Assembly (NCBI RefSeq): GCF_006345805.1
Contig: NC_043001.1
Coordinates: 122,698,001-122,762,000 of the forward strand
DNA: 64,000 bases
Reading direction: 5' to 3'
From: Octopus sinensis
Lineage: Eukaryota
Shown: positions 12,071-24,554 of the stretch, in pieces
Layout of the letters: each line of letters begins with the position of its first letter
Numbering within the stretch: position 1 is the first letter of the stretch
Made by a program: the position numbers and the translations under genes
The notes under the pieces: generated by a model
What the model saw: only the letters and a program-made list of their open reading frames with translations
Told to the model about the DNA's origin: nothing
Databases searched by the model: none

Positions 12071-12381
12071 GTGTATAGATTTGTATCTTTTCTTACTCTG
12101 TATGCGAATGAGTACACAGTGGTTTCGTAAAAACATATAAAGAATAAACCGCGTCTACATATGTTAGGCTATATTTGCACCGCACGCACGTACATACATA
12201 CATACACTCGTTTGTAAATGTATGTGTATATGTGTGTGTGTGAGTGTGTGCATGTGTTTGTGTGTGTGCGTGTGCATGTATGTGTGGGCTTGTATGAGTG
12301 TGTGTTTGTGTATAGATAGATGGAAATAAACGTAGATACACACATATATATACAAATAATACATACATGCATTCATAAATA

Positions 12382-12435
<54 letters not shown>

Positions 12436-12437
12436 CG

Positions 12438-12481
<44 letters not shown>

Positions 12482-12504
12482 ATATGTATATATATATGTA
12501 TATA

Positions 12505-12542
<38 letters not shown>

Positions 12543-12587
12543 CGTATGTATATATATATGTATATATATATGTATATATATAGAGAG

Positions 12588-12635
<48 letters not shown>

Positions 12636-13197
12636 GTATACATAGATGTGTATTTGTATGTATAAAAAAATAAATATGTACACATATATACACACACAAA
12701 TATGCACACATACACTCTCACACGCACACATGTTGTGACACAAACCACCGTGTGGATATTTGGCTTTTATGGGTATTACGTGTACATGTGCGTAAATATG
12801 TATGCATTAAACAGATTTGTAAACAAGTCAATGTGTGTTTGTCTTAGCATATATTTCAATACGAATCTGTAAAATAATCTGAGGGAACCGATCGAGAGAT
12901 GGTCCCATGTGTGATAAGGAGAGTGCTGTCAGGTTTAGGAAATAAATCTGAGATACGAATTTTCTGGAAGTCATTGCAGAGACGAATGATAAAGAATAGT
13001 AATCGGTGCAAAGCGTGGGAAACGCCGCGATAGCAGCTTTGTGACCCGATGTAACAATACATTCCGACAAGACAAGCGCAGTTTATTGTTTTTCACTTTG
13101 CATGTGAACTGATGAAGGAAATGATGCTCCGTTTTTACATTGTATCAACTGAATTAAAAAAATGTTTAATTAATAAATTAATTAATCTATTAATAAA

Positions 13198-13598
13198 TCT
13201 TTATATATAAAAGTGAAGTTGTGTGAGTGTCTGTCTCCTACTATTTAGATTCCTAACTACTCCCAGATTTTGCGGTGCAGCTTAATCAAAACCGGGTATC
13301 TTATAGTCGTGATTCATATCGAGCCCTTCTGGGTATTAGCGCGCGTCTACGATGAGTCTACGATTTAAAAAAAAATTTACCATCATTTTTTTCCATTTTA
13401 ATGCATTTTTTCGCTAATATATAAGGGAAGTAACTCTCTAAAATGTCTACGATGATTCAACGATTTTAAAAAAAATTTACCATCAATTTTTTCCCATTTT
13501 TAATGCATTTTTTTGCTATTTTTTGGCTATAACTCTCTAAAAATGCTTATATAGTTATTTCCCTTACAAACCTGAGCAACGCCGGGCGATACTGCTAG
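13198..13598 (+). mobile_element. Non-autonomous Helitron (same family as 27066-27462)
   Basis: A|TCTTTATATATAAAAG start, internal tandem duplication, ends GAGCAACGCCGGGCGATACTGCTAG|T; a second copy is in the window. Confidence 0.85.
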
Positions 13599-13785
13599 TT
13601 AATTGATAAATGAATTAATCGAATTTTACGTTGGTCAAGTGGATAGGATCTGCGTTTCACCTTGAGCATTCAAATCCTGAAGTTTTAGAGATGCTGTTGT
13701 TATATTCGGCGCCCCTTGGGTATTTTGAATCTTGTCGTAGCCCGTTTCTCTCCGTGTTTAATCCCAGACGGTTTCTGTCAACGAA

Positions 13786-13820
<35 letters not shown>

Positions 13821-14279
13821 AGTTGGCGCCAATAAGGATTGGAACTTTATTTATCAACCCCAAATGAATGGAAGTTAAAGTTAACCTCAGTAGGGTTTCG
13901 CCTTCTTACGCAGTGATTTGAAATAATACTGCAAATCATTCTGTCTGATGCTGTAAGAGCTCTACCAGTTCGCCACTTTGTGTGACGTATTAAGAGAATT
14001 GTTAAACATAAGGTGTCTAACTAATAATGCTGTGAATGCATTAATAGGTTGGGCATACGATTGTTAGGCTTAGTTTCGAATCTCGAACCGAGTGGCATAT
14101 TGTTCATCGAGCAAAGTTCTTCCAGTCCACTATGGTGTGTGTGTGTGTGTGTATGGATGTGTATATTATATATATATATATATATATATAATTTATATAT
14201 ATATATATATAATATATATATATATATACACACACAAATTTACAAGTATGGATGTTCCTATATATATATATATAGAGGG

Positions 14280-14480
14280 TAGAAAAAACAAAAGACGAAG
14301 AAAGGTGGTGTAGACAACAAAAAGATATATTAGTTTAGGCGCTCGGGATGTGAAAAAGTCTTTGACGTTTCCAGCCTAGGCTCTTCCACAGAAAGGAACA
14401 CAGAAAGAAACAAGGAGAGAAAATATAGAATGTGTAGTGTCTAGCGATCTATCATGGCGAATGCTGGACAGAAGGGTCAC
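14280..14480 (-). mobile_element. Probable Penelope-derived repeat with a degenerate hammerhead-like motif
   Basis: Minus 14395-14360 reads CTTT-CTGTGGA-AG-AGCCTAGGCT-G-GAAAC-GTC-AAAG; a related copy lies at about 46200-46290. Confidence 0.4.
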
Positions 14481-14789
14481 ACACGAGAGCTAGGGAGAAG
14501 GGGAGATAATAAAGTAGTGGTGGTCCCAAAACGAAGGTGCGCGTGCGTTTGTATAAGAGAGTTTGTATGTGCGTGTAGAAAAGGGCTGGCCATCTTGACG
14601 TGTGCGTGTGTGTATGTGTAGGTGTGAAAATGTGGGTCTGGGAAGTGGTCAGTGCTGATGTGTGCGTGGTGCTGTGTTGTGTGGTATGGTGGTGTAAGGT
14701 GTAGTGGTGTGTGGTATATATATATGTATATATACATATAATTCTCGTTTTTGGTGAAACACTGCAACCTGTTGTTTATATCAATTGTG

Positions 14790-14824
<35 letters not shown>

Positions 14825-14828
14825 ATAT

Positions 14829-14860
<32 letters not shown>

Positions 14861-14871
14861 AGAGAGAGAGA

Positions 14872-15217
14872 GAGGCGCAATGGCCCAGTGGCTAGGGCAG
14901 TGGACTCGTGGTTTCGATTCCCAGACTGGCGTTGTGAGTGTTTATTGTGCGAAAACACCTAAAGCTCCATGACGCTCCGGAAGGGGGTGGGTGGCGAACC
15001 CTGCTGTACTCTTTCATCACAACTTTCTCTCACTCTTTCTTCCTGTTTCTGTTGTACCTGTATTTCGAAGGGCCATCCTAGTCACACTGAATTTCCCCGA
15101 GAACTACGTTAAGGGTACACGCGTCTGTGGAGTGCTCAGTCACTTACGCTTTAATTTCACGAGCAGGCTGTTCCGTTCATTGGATCAACTGGAACCCTCG
15201 TCGTCGTAACCGACGGA
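14872..15217 (+). mobile_element. SINE family A (long form)
   Basis: GAGGCGCAATGGCCCAGTGG head, GTTTCGATTCC B box, family A body. Confidence 0.85.
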
Positions 15218-15425
15218 TTGCGTCGATAAATGTAAACAAATTCAAACAAAGAACTGTAGATAAATGTAAACAATCCTAAATATAGAACTGTAGAAACTTA
15301 TGTTTGTTTTTATAAGCGTTGAAATGTGTATTGCGAGATACAAATGAGATGATAATTATATATTCAAACGCATAAATGCTGATAACACAGCATGAGATTG
15401 GATAAGATATCGATACCCTCCTATA

Positions 15426-15592
15426 GGCGCAGGAGTGGCTGTGTGGTAAGTAGCCTGTTTACCAACCACATGCTTCTGGGTTCAGTCCCATGCGTGGCAC
15501 CTTGGGCAAATGTCTTCTACTGTAGTCTCGGGCCGACCAAAGCCTTGTGAGTGGATTTGGTTGACGGAAACTGAAAGAAGCCCGTCGTATAT
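15426..15592 (+). mobile_element. SINE family B, 5' half
   Basis: GGCGCAGGAGTGGCTGTGTGGTAAG...GAAACTGAAAGAAGCCCGTCG. Confidence 0.85.
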
Positions 15593-15602
15593 ATAGATAA
15601 TG

Positions 15603-15801
15603 TAATACAGTTCTATATTTAAGAGATGAGTAATTATGTGCATTATTTACATTATTTACATTTGACAGATATTTGTCCTCATTTTGTTTGTTGTTAACAC
15701 AACGTTGCGGCTGGTAATACCTTCCGGCCTTTATCAGGTGTCTTAGAGAAATTTCGAACCTGGGTTCTCATTGATAAAGTATTTTTCGATGTTATTATTA
15801 C

Positions 15802-15859
<58 letters not shown>

Positions 15860-15880
15860 GTTATTATTATTATTATTATT
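15603..15880 (-). mobile_element. Family D single arm (hammerhead core mutated)
   Basis: Matches 1770-1990; core reads CUGAUAA and GCAAC. Confidence 0.8.
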
Positions 15881-15884
15881 CAAG

Positions 15885-16020
15885 CTTATTTCAGTTTCTG
15901 CCTACCAAATCCACTCACAAAGCTTTGGTCAACCAGAGGCTATAGTAGAAGACACTTCTCCAAGGTACCGAACAGTGGAACTGAACACGGAACCATGTGA
16001 TTGGAAAGAAAGCTTCTTTA
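15885..16020 (-). mobile_element. SINE family B, 5' half
   Basis: TTTCAGTTTCTGCCTACCAAATCCACTCACAAAGC...CCAAGGTACC, reverse complement of the family B head. Confidence 0.75.
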
Positions 16021-16302
16021 TTTCATATAATTTGCCACAAGGGCATTACACAGATGGAAGCTTTGCGGGTTGGACATGGACATTAATGGTATGAATGATG
16101 GTGATGCAAAAATGATGATGATGGGAGAAGACGAAAAGCGCCCGCCGACTTTCGCTTCTCTAAAACAATGTTCTTTTTTCCCCTTTTCCCCCAAAACACA
16201 ATGAGGCAATAAACCTCTTACTTAAACAACAAAATGTTCAGAGTTCTTTTTTCTTTTTTAAAACACACAAAAACTCACATGTTTCACATTTTCTAGACTC
16301 GT

Positions 16303-16767
16303 TCAGGTTATCAGGCCGACCAGTATCCTTGCTTTATTGAAGCACATACTCGGTTCCAGGCCGGACCACACTGGTATAAATTTATAGGAGTCCTCCGGGA
16401 AGGAATTCATGATCCTGCACAGATCACTATCCCATAGGACCTCCGCAGCCACCTGCGAAGGCCACTCAGAATCCTCCGTGCAGGACAGAAGTCCTTCCCA
16501 TCGGCCCCTCCTTTCCATTTTCTTTACTTCGTTTTCTATGGTTCCTCCTTTGTGGAAGAGGACCACATATTCATACTCCAGCGGCACACCCGCCGGAGGA
16601 GGATTGGGACACGCCGGCCGCGTATCACAACCCGCCGGCAATGTCCCGTTTTTCTTTTTTCTTTTTCTCTTTTTCCTCTGGGCATCGAGAGGGTGAGTTT
16701 CCTGTGACGCTCGCAACAGGTCCTCCTTGTCTCCCGCAGCCCCCCGGGTCCTCCGGTGGGCAACCAT
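16303..16767 (-). mobile_element. GC-rich 154-codon ORF, possibly the ORF1 5' region of a LINE (unassigned)
   Basis: Non-repetitive ORF with a KKRKRKKK stretch, adjacent to a 72-bp copy of the Tx1 3' UTR (16814-16885); no motif recognised. Confidence 0.3.
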
Positions 16768-16885
16768 TGTTGCCCACCTTTCGTTTTCGTTTTTTCGAGG
16801 ATGTAGAAAATTTGGAGTTTTAATTGTTTCTTATATTTCGTTGTTATCCTGCTTTTGTACATGGACCTTTTTCAAACGGACAAAA

Positions 16886-17089
16886 TACAGAGGGGACAAA
16901 CAAGGACAGACAAACGGATTAAGTCGATTATATCGACCCCAGTGCGTAACTGGTACTTAATTTATCGACCCTGAAAGGATGAAAGGCACAGTCGACCTCG
17001 GCGGAATTTGAATCCAGAACGTAACGGCAGACGAAATACGGCTACGCATTTCGCCCGGCGTGTTAACGTTTCTGCCAGCTCGCCGCCTT
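16886..17089 (-). mobile_element. SINE family C
   Basis: Reverse complement of the family C consensus. Confidence 0.85.
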
Positions 17090-17164
17090 TGCTTGTCGTA
17101 TACATACATGTTTGTATGTGTATGTGTGTGTGTGTGTGCGTGTGTGTGTGTGTGTATGCGTGTG

Positions 17165-17375
17165 TGTGTGTGTGTGTGTCCGCCACCACTTGACAACCAG
17201 TGCTGATGTGTTTACGTCCCCGTAACTTGGCGGTTCAGCAAAAGTGACTTTAGAATAGTGCCAAGCTTTAAAAAGATAAGTACTGAGGGTCGATTCATTA
17301 GACCAAAAATCTTTCAAGGTAGTGCCCCAGCATGGTCGCAGTCTAATGACTGAAACAACTAAAAGATAAAAGATA
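17165..17375 (+). mobile_element. SINE family B, 3' half
   Basis: (TG)n then CCACTTGACAACC...CAGCATGGTCGCAGTCTAATGACTGAAAC. Confidence 0.75.
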
Positions 17376-18187
17376 GAAGATTCATGACTTGGTCACTGCT
17401 ATTATTCCACTCTAATTGAGTCGGGAATTAGGTCGCAGGTATGCAAATGAAATTATGATACCTGAAGAAATAAATTAAAATTAAAAATGAATTTACATTT
17501 TTTTAAATACATTGCTGATAGATATTCTTTTAAAAATGCTAGCTTGTCTAAATACAGATTTTGAATTCCCGATTCTTGGACGAATAGCAGCGTTTAGTTA
17601 GACAGCTTCTAAACTGTAACCGATCATTTACTGCTATGAAAAAATAATTATATATCCATTATTCATCAAGCAAATAATTATCGGTGACAAACTCTTTTTC
17701 TTTCATTAGTTCCAGTAATTTCAGAAAATGTTATCGTTATGCACTTTATTGATTAAAAATTCTGTATAAAAATAGGCAACGTAGTGTGTATAAGAATAAC
17801 CAACGAAGTCCAATTAAATATGAACTAATTACAGAAAAAAAAAATGAAACTCTAAATAGAGCGTAACTTGAACACCTTCATTGGTTTACTCATAGCTGAC
17901 ATGGGCGAAACAACAACTATAGTGTACAGCTAGATAGATATTGTTGTTAATAGATGGCTTTACTCCGATCTGTACATAGGATCGGTGACAGAACACGAAC
18001 TACAAATCTGGTTACCGTCTATATTATCGAATCGTTCAGCTTGAAAGGAAAGATCAGAATGGCTCATCGTGAATTTAATTTTGTTCTATATCATGAAGAT
18101 TAACAGTCATAGAGGAACTAATTCCTCATACCTGTTACAACTCCAGACCAATGATTGTTACCAAATTTTCATTATATATATTAAGTT

Positions 18188-18590
18188 AAGGCGGCGAGCT
18201 GGCAGAAACGTTAGCACGCCGGGCGAAATGCGTAGCCGTATTTCGTCTGCCGTTACGTTCCGTGTTCAAATTCCGCCGAGGTCGACTTTGCCTTTCATCC
18301 TTTCGGGGTCGATAAATTAAGTACCAGTTACGCACTGGAGTCGATATAATCGAGTTAATCCGTTTGTCTGTTCTTGTTTGTCCCTTCTATGTTTAGCCCA
18401 TTGTGGGTAGTAAAGAAATAGGTATTTCGTCTGCCGTTACGTTCTGATTTCAAATTCCGCCGAGGTCGACTTTGACTTTCATCTTTCGGGGTCATTAAAT
18501 TGAGTACCAGTTGCGTACTGAGGTCGATCTAATTGACTGGCCTCCTTCGCCCAAATTTCGGGCCTTGTACCTAGAGTAGAAAAGAATGTA
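18188..18590 (+). mobile_element. SINE family C, two-module form
   Basis: Head followed by the internal GTATTTCGTCTGCCGTTACG module twice. Confidence 0.85.
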
Positions 18591-19004
18591 TATATTAAGT
18601 TGTCAGATAAATTAGATGTTTTTATTTTGTACATGGCACGCCACTATTATATATCAGCAAAGGGGTAAAATTTATTTAAATTTCAAAGTCATAAAACACT
18701 ACGATGAATTTTATGTATTAATTCAAATAATTGTGGAAAATTTAAACTTCTAATCATGCCAAATATTACGAAGAGCTGAGTGTCTTCTTTGTATTAACTG
18801 CCCGCCAGGGGACACCACATATGAATTCATAAAGATTCAATCAAATTGTTGCCGAAAAGTCGAGGTGTTATGTCTACAAAGAAATTTCTCGTCCACTTCT
18901 TAGCGAGTGATTACTACTATGAAATGGTTGCCTGAAACCAATATCTACACCTCAAAGAATGTATTGAAAAGGCTTCTGAACTTCGTTTGTAGTTAAAGCT
19001 AAAA

Positions 19005-19232
19005 TACTGGTTTCAAAATGTGACAGAAAGCCAGCACTTTGAGGGTGGTGGAAGGCTTAAATCAATTACATCGACTCCAGTGCTAAACAGGTACTTATTT
19101 TATAGGCCTCGGAAGGATGAAAAGCAGTGGCGATGTCGGCGGAATTTGAACTCAGAACTTAAAGACAGTCGAGGTACGCGAAATCTTTTTTGTCCTGTGA
19201 TGATAACGATTCTGCCAGCACGCCACTTTATA
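19005..19232 (-). mobile_element. Family C-related SINE, diverged
   Basis: GGAAGGATGAAAAGC...CGGCGGAATTTGAACTCAGAAC...CTGCCAGCACGCC. Confidence 0.65.
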
Positions 19233-19464
19233 CTTAAATCTAAAATATTAGCTGCTATTAAACACCTTCACAAGGTACAACTCTCTGGAAACAGTTACCC
19301 TTTATGCTGACACTAAGAACTTCCTCACTCTCTCTCTTTCACTTTCTCTTTCGATTGGTTGATTGATTGAATCATTCATTGATTTATTAATTCACTGATT
19401 TCTCAGTCATTACCGCTCTTAAATTAAGAAAAAAGAAATTAAAAGGAAAACACGTTCTTCATGA

Positions 19465-19684
19465 ATTTACTCTTTTACTTATTTCAGTCATTTGACTGCA
19501 GCCATGCTGGAGCACCGCCTTTTGTCGAGCAAATCGACCCCAGGACTTATTCTTTGTAAGCCTAGTACTTATTCTATCGGTCTCTTTTTGCTGAACCGCT
19601 AAGTTACGAGGACGTAAACACACCAGCATCGGTCGTCAAGCGATGTTGAGGGGTACAAACACAGACTCACAATCACACACACGC

Positions 19685-19733
<49 letters not shown>

Positions 19734-19898
19734 TACGACGGGCTTCTTTCAGTTCCAGTCTACCAAATCCACTCACAAGGCTTTGGTCAGCCCGAGGCTA
19801 TAGTAGAAGACACTTGCCCATAGTGCCACACAGTGGGACTGAACCCGGAACCATGTGGTTGGTAAGCAAGCTACTTACCACACAGCCATTCCTGCGCC
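19465..19898 (-). mobile_element. SINE family B, near full length
   Basis: Reverse complement of the 23157-23560 pattern with an internal (TA)n. Confidence 0.85.
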
Positions 19899-20239
19899 TG
19901 TTTGTAATTATTTTCCATCAGTAAGAAACGTCTCTCTTCATAAAATGTCTAACTAATATATATATATATCTGTGTATGTCATGCTGAATATTTCTAAACA
20001 GAATGAAATAGTGCTATACAGGATGAACACTGACAAGAAATTTTAAGGACTTCGCATTAAAAATTCGAAATTCAAATTCCATAAAATTCTCTGAATATAT
20101 GTGTTTATGTCTATAAGCATGGTGTAAACATTTATGTAAATATCCGTTCATGGTTCTATATTTAGAATTGTATATACATTCCTTCATACATTTCCTCTCT
20201 GATGAAGAAAGCTAGTGGTCGATAAGGAGTGAGAGGGAT

Positions 20240-20310
<71 letters not shown>

Positions 20311-20394
20311 CACAGAAGGAAAAATAAAAGAAACGAGAGGCGGAGAAAAAGAATTAGAAGATGTGGAAGATTACTTAGAATAAAGAATATACGG

Positions 20395-20467
20395 TGAAGA
20401 AGATGAAGAAGAAGAAGAAGAAGAAGAAGAAGAAGAAGAAGAAGAAGAAGAAGAAGAAGAAGAAGAA

Positions 20468-20506
<39 letters not shown>

Positions 20507-21912
20507 AGTAATGACGTCGATGACGACGACGACGGCGATGGCAAAGTTTGAGAGGGAAAGAAACCGAAGGACACTAAGAACAAATTTTATAAACCCCCGC
20601 CAGCAAGTCAAAGTTACAACCATCACCATCACCATCACCATCACCACGAACAACCCCTACCACCATGACTAGCATCAGTCTTCACCCTACACTGGCAAGA
20701 AGAAGAAGAAGAAAAAGAAGAATAACAACAACTACAACAACAACAACAACCATAACAGCTGCAGCTTCAGCAATCTGCAAGTGTAAGGTCAATGACAGAA
20801 GCTATCATTAAACCACGATGAGATAATGATGATAGTGATGATGAGATGGTGGTGGTGGTGGTGGTGGTGGTGGTGCTGCTGATGGTTACGGTGATGGTGG
20901 CAGCGGTGGTGATGATGATAAGGATGGTGGTGGAGGCTGGGTGGTTGCGCAGGTGATGAAGGGGATGCTGTTGTTGGTGGTCGCAGTTGCTGTGGTGATG
21001 GTTGTGTTTGGTGATAGAGGAGGTGGTGGTGATGAGGATGATGGTGGTGGTGGTGGTGGTGGTGGTGGTAGTAGTATTCATGATGATGATTGTGTTGGTG
21101 GTGGAGGTACTGGTAGTGGTGGTGGTAGACAGTGGTCGTGTTGAATGAGATGGCGGTCGTCGTGGTAATATTCGCAGTATTGGTGATGGTAATGATGGTG
21201 GTGGTGGTAGTGATTGTGATGGTGGTGAACAAGGTGATGGTAGTGGCAGTGGTTGTTGTAGTATTATCGGAGTTGCAGTAGTAATGGCGCTAGTGGTGGT
21301 GGAGGTGGTGAGGGCGGTGTCAGTGGTGGTGGCGGTAGTAGTGATGATGATGGTAGCGACGGTGGCGGTGGTGGTAGTGGTGGTTGTTGTTGTGACGGTG
21401 GTGGTGGCCGTGGTAGTTGTAGTTGTGGTGGTGGTGGTTGTGGTGAGGGTGGTGGTACTGGTTGTAGTGGTGGTCTTAGTCGCGATTGTTGTGTCGTTGT
21501 TGTTGTTGGCGATGGTAGTGGAAGTAGTAGAAGTAGAAGTGGTAGTGGTGGTAGTGATAGTGGTGATGGTGGTGATGATGATGGTGGTGGTGGTGGTGAT
21601 TGCGGTGTTGTTATTGTTCTTGTTGGTAGTGACAGTAGTCGCAGTAACGGCGTAAGTGATGATGGTTGTGTCGGCAGCGGCGGCGGCAGCAGTGGTGGTA
21701 GTGGTGGTGGTGGTGGTAGTGTTGTTGTTGTTGTTGTTGGTGGTGGTGGTGATGGTGGTGGTAGTGGTGGTGGTGGTGGTGATGATGGTGATGGTGGTGG
21801 TGGTGTTGGTGGTGATGGTGGTGTTGGTGGTGATGGTGGTGGTGGTGTTGGTGGTGTTGGTAGTGATGGTCGTGGTTGCGATGTTGTTGGTGTTGTTGTT
21901 GGTGGTGGTGTC
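20395..21912. repeat. Large compound trinucleotide repeat field (GAA, GAT, GGT, GTT, GTA)
   Basis: Directly visible; source of the poly-V, poly-P and poly-H ORFs in the track. Confidence 0.9.
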
Positions 21913-21952
21913 CTTAAAAAAGAAAAGTTATGTCGTTGATGTTGTAATAGTT

Positions 21953-22095
21953 TCATCCCTCAGTTGTTGTCAAGGTATTCAGTGCTGACACGCTTTGATA
22001 AGCGACGCTGAGCCAAGACAGACATCTGCTCATCTGTTTCCAGAAATATCCACAGACGTCTAAGTCATTTAGTTCAGATGAACTTAGAAAACATT
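21953..22095 (-). CDS. Candidate terminal coding exon, product unknown: (E)CFLSSSELNDLDVCGYFWKQMSRCLSWLSVAYQSVSALNTLTTTEG*
   Basis: Strong acceptor gtatattttatttctgttttag| at 22095; only the phase-1 frame is open, 47 codons to TGA; complex island between repeats. Confidence 0.35.
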
Positions 22096-22158
22096 CTAAA
22101 ACAGAAATAAAATATACAACACACTCCGACCACCTATGGGTGTGTATGCGGATGTATG

Positions 22159-22192
<34 letters not shown>

Positions 22193-23156
22193 TGTATGCA
22201 TGCATGTATGTATGTATGCATTCATGTATGTATGTATGTATGTATGTATGTATGTATGTATGTATGTACGTATGTATGTACGTATGTATGTATGGAAATG
22301 TATGCGTATGTATGTATGTATGTATGTATATCTTATGTATGTATGTGTGTGTATGTATATATATATACATATATATATACATATACACACACACACACAC
22401 ATATATATATATAGAGAGAGAGAGATAGATAGATAGATAAATACATATATATACACACATAAATACACATATATTCATATGTATGTGTATTTATATTTAT
22501 ATACATATATATTTGTGTATATATATATATATATACATATATAAATACGCATACATGTACACACACACAGACATATATATATATAGAGAGAGAGAGAAAG
22601 AGAGGGAGAGAGAGAGAAAGAAAGAGAATAAAATAGATATACATATGCCTGTATATGTGTGAGTGCGAATATAAATTCTGATGATGACGTAACACCACTG
22701 CACCGAGTGACCCTAGAGAACCCGTTTTGTTTGACAGGTGTACATCAAGTGCCGTGATAGCTACGAACAGCAGCAGTGGCAGCAGCAGCAACAGTAGTAG
22801 TAGTAGTAGTAGTAGTAGTGGCAGCAGCAGCAGCAGCAGTATTAGTAGTAGTATAGTAGTAGTAGTATAGTAGTAGTAGTATAGTAGTAGTATTAGTAGT
22901 AGTAGTAGTAGTAGTAGTGATCGCTGTTCTTGTTGTTGCTTTAGAAGTAGTTGAAGATTTCATTAAGGTGATATGAATATCTGTCCTCTTCATTGAGAGT
23001 TTCGTTATATCACAGGTGTTTATGACTGAAAGGCTGGATCCACTGCGACCGTATGGGTGGGTGGGTAGGTATGAATTAACTGTTCAACATGATACCATGA
23101 TGTTGTGCCATACATACATGCGTAAATGCATACGAACAAAATAAAAAAATGAACAT

Positions 23157-23560
23157 CAGGAGTGGCTGTGTGGTAAGTAACTTGCTAACCAACCACATGG
23201 TTCCGGGTTCAGTCCCACAGCGTGGCACCTTGGGCAAGTGTCTTCTACTATAGCCTCGGGCCGACCAAAGCCTTGTGAGTGGATTTGGTAGACGGAAACT
23301 GAAAGAAGCCCGTCGTATATATGTATATATATATGCGTGTGTGTGTTTGTGTGTCTATGTTTGTCCCCCTAGCATTGCTTGACAACCGATGCTGGTGTGT
23401 TTATGTCCCTGTTACTTAGCGGTTCGGCAAAATGAGACCGATAGAATAAGTACTGGGCTTACAAAAGAATAAGTCCCGGGGTCGAGTTGCTCGATTAAAG
23501 GCGGTGCTCCGGCATGGCCGCAATCAAATGACTGAAACAAGTAAAAGAGTAAAAGAGTAA
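23157..23560 (+). mobile_element. SINE family B, full length reference copy
   Basis: Head GGAGTGGCTGTGTGG, GGGTTCAGTCC B-box-like motif, internal (TA)(TG)n, 3' half ending in GTAAAAGA repeats. Confidence 0.9.
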
Positions 23561-23734
23561 GAGTATACATTCATACATACTACGTACTAATTCAACCACA
23601 TGTTTACGTACACCAGGAACTCTCTCGATTCAAAAAGTCTTGTAGGTTTGTTTGCGACCGGCTTGAACTCTCCCAAGAAGAACTTAAATAAAACTCAAGG
23701 AAAAAATCATACATATAAATATATTTTTATTTGT

Positions 23735-24017
23735 TTGTTTCTTCTCAAGCCATGTCTGGCTCATAAGGGCCGGTTTCCCGGTTTCCTTGGCGTATAGGTT
23801 CCCCACCTGGACGGGACGCCGGTCCGCCGGTCCGTCGCAGGTGAGCTGCAAGATGCAAGAAGAAAGAGTCAGCAGAAATTCGCCATTATCTTCTGCCTGA
23901 GCCGCGTGGAGCTTAGGTGTTTCGCTCATAAACACACAAATCGCCCGGTCTGAGATTCGAACCCGCGATCCCTCGACCGCGAGTCAATTGCTCTAACCAC
24001 TAGGCCAAGTGCCTCCA
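23735..24017 (-). mobile_element. SINE family A
   Basis: Reverse complement of 3176-3476. Confidence 0.85.
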
Positions 24018-24030
24018 CATACAAATATAT

Positions 24031-24219
24031 ACTGCTCTATATTTTCAATATGAAGAATTCTGTACATTATTTACATTATTTACATTGGATGGAGGTGTCC
24101 TCATCTTGTTTGTTGTTACCACAACGTTTCGGCCGATTTACTCTCCAGCCTTTATCAGGTGTCCTGGGGGAATTTTGAACCCAACCTTGGGTTTTCATTC
24201 TTAAGGTATTTTTTGCTGA

Positions 24220-24283
<64 letters not shown>

Positions 24284-24496
24284 ATTATTATTATTATTAT
24301 TATTATTATTTATTTATTCAAATCACTGCCTGGTATTGAACTCGGAATCTTGGGGTTCGTAGCCCACGCTCTTAACCATTACGCTACATGCCTATAATGG
24401 TTTAGACCACAGGATACCAGTCCCAAGATTCCGAGTTCAATTCTTTTATTCAAAGTGCTTTGAATAAATAAATAAATAAATAAATAAATAAGTAAC

Positions 24497-24554
<58 letters not shown>

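Noticed and set aside
20375-21988. Proline-, histidine- or valine-rich ORFs resembling extensin or mucin
   Set aside because: They come from compound trinucleotide repeats, open in several frames on both strands, with no splice or start context.
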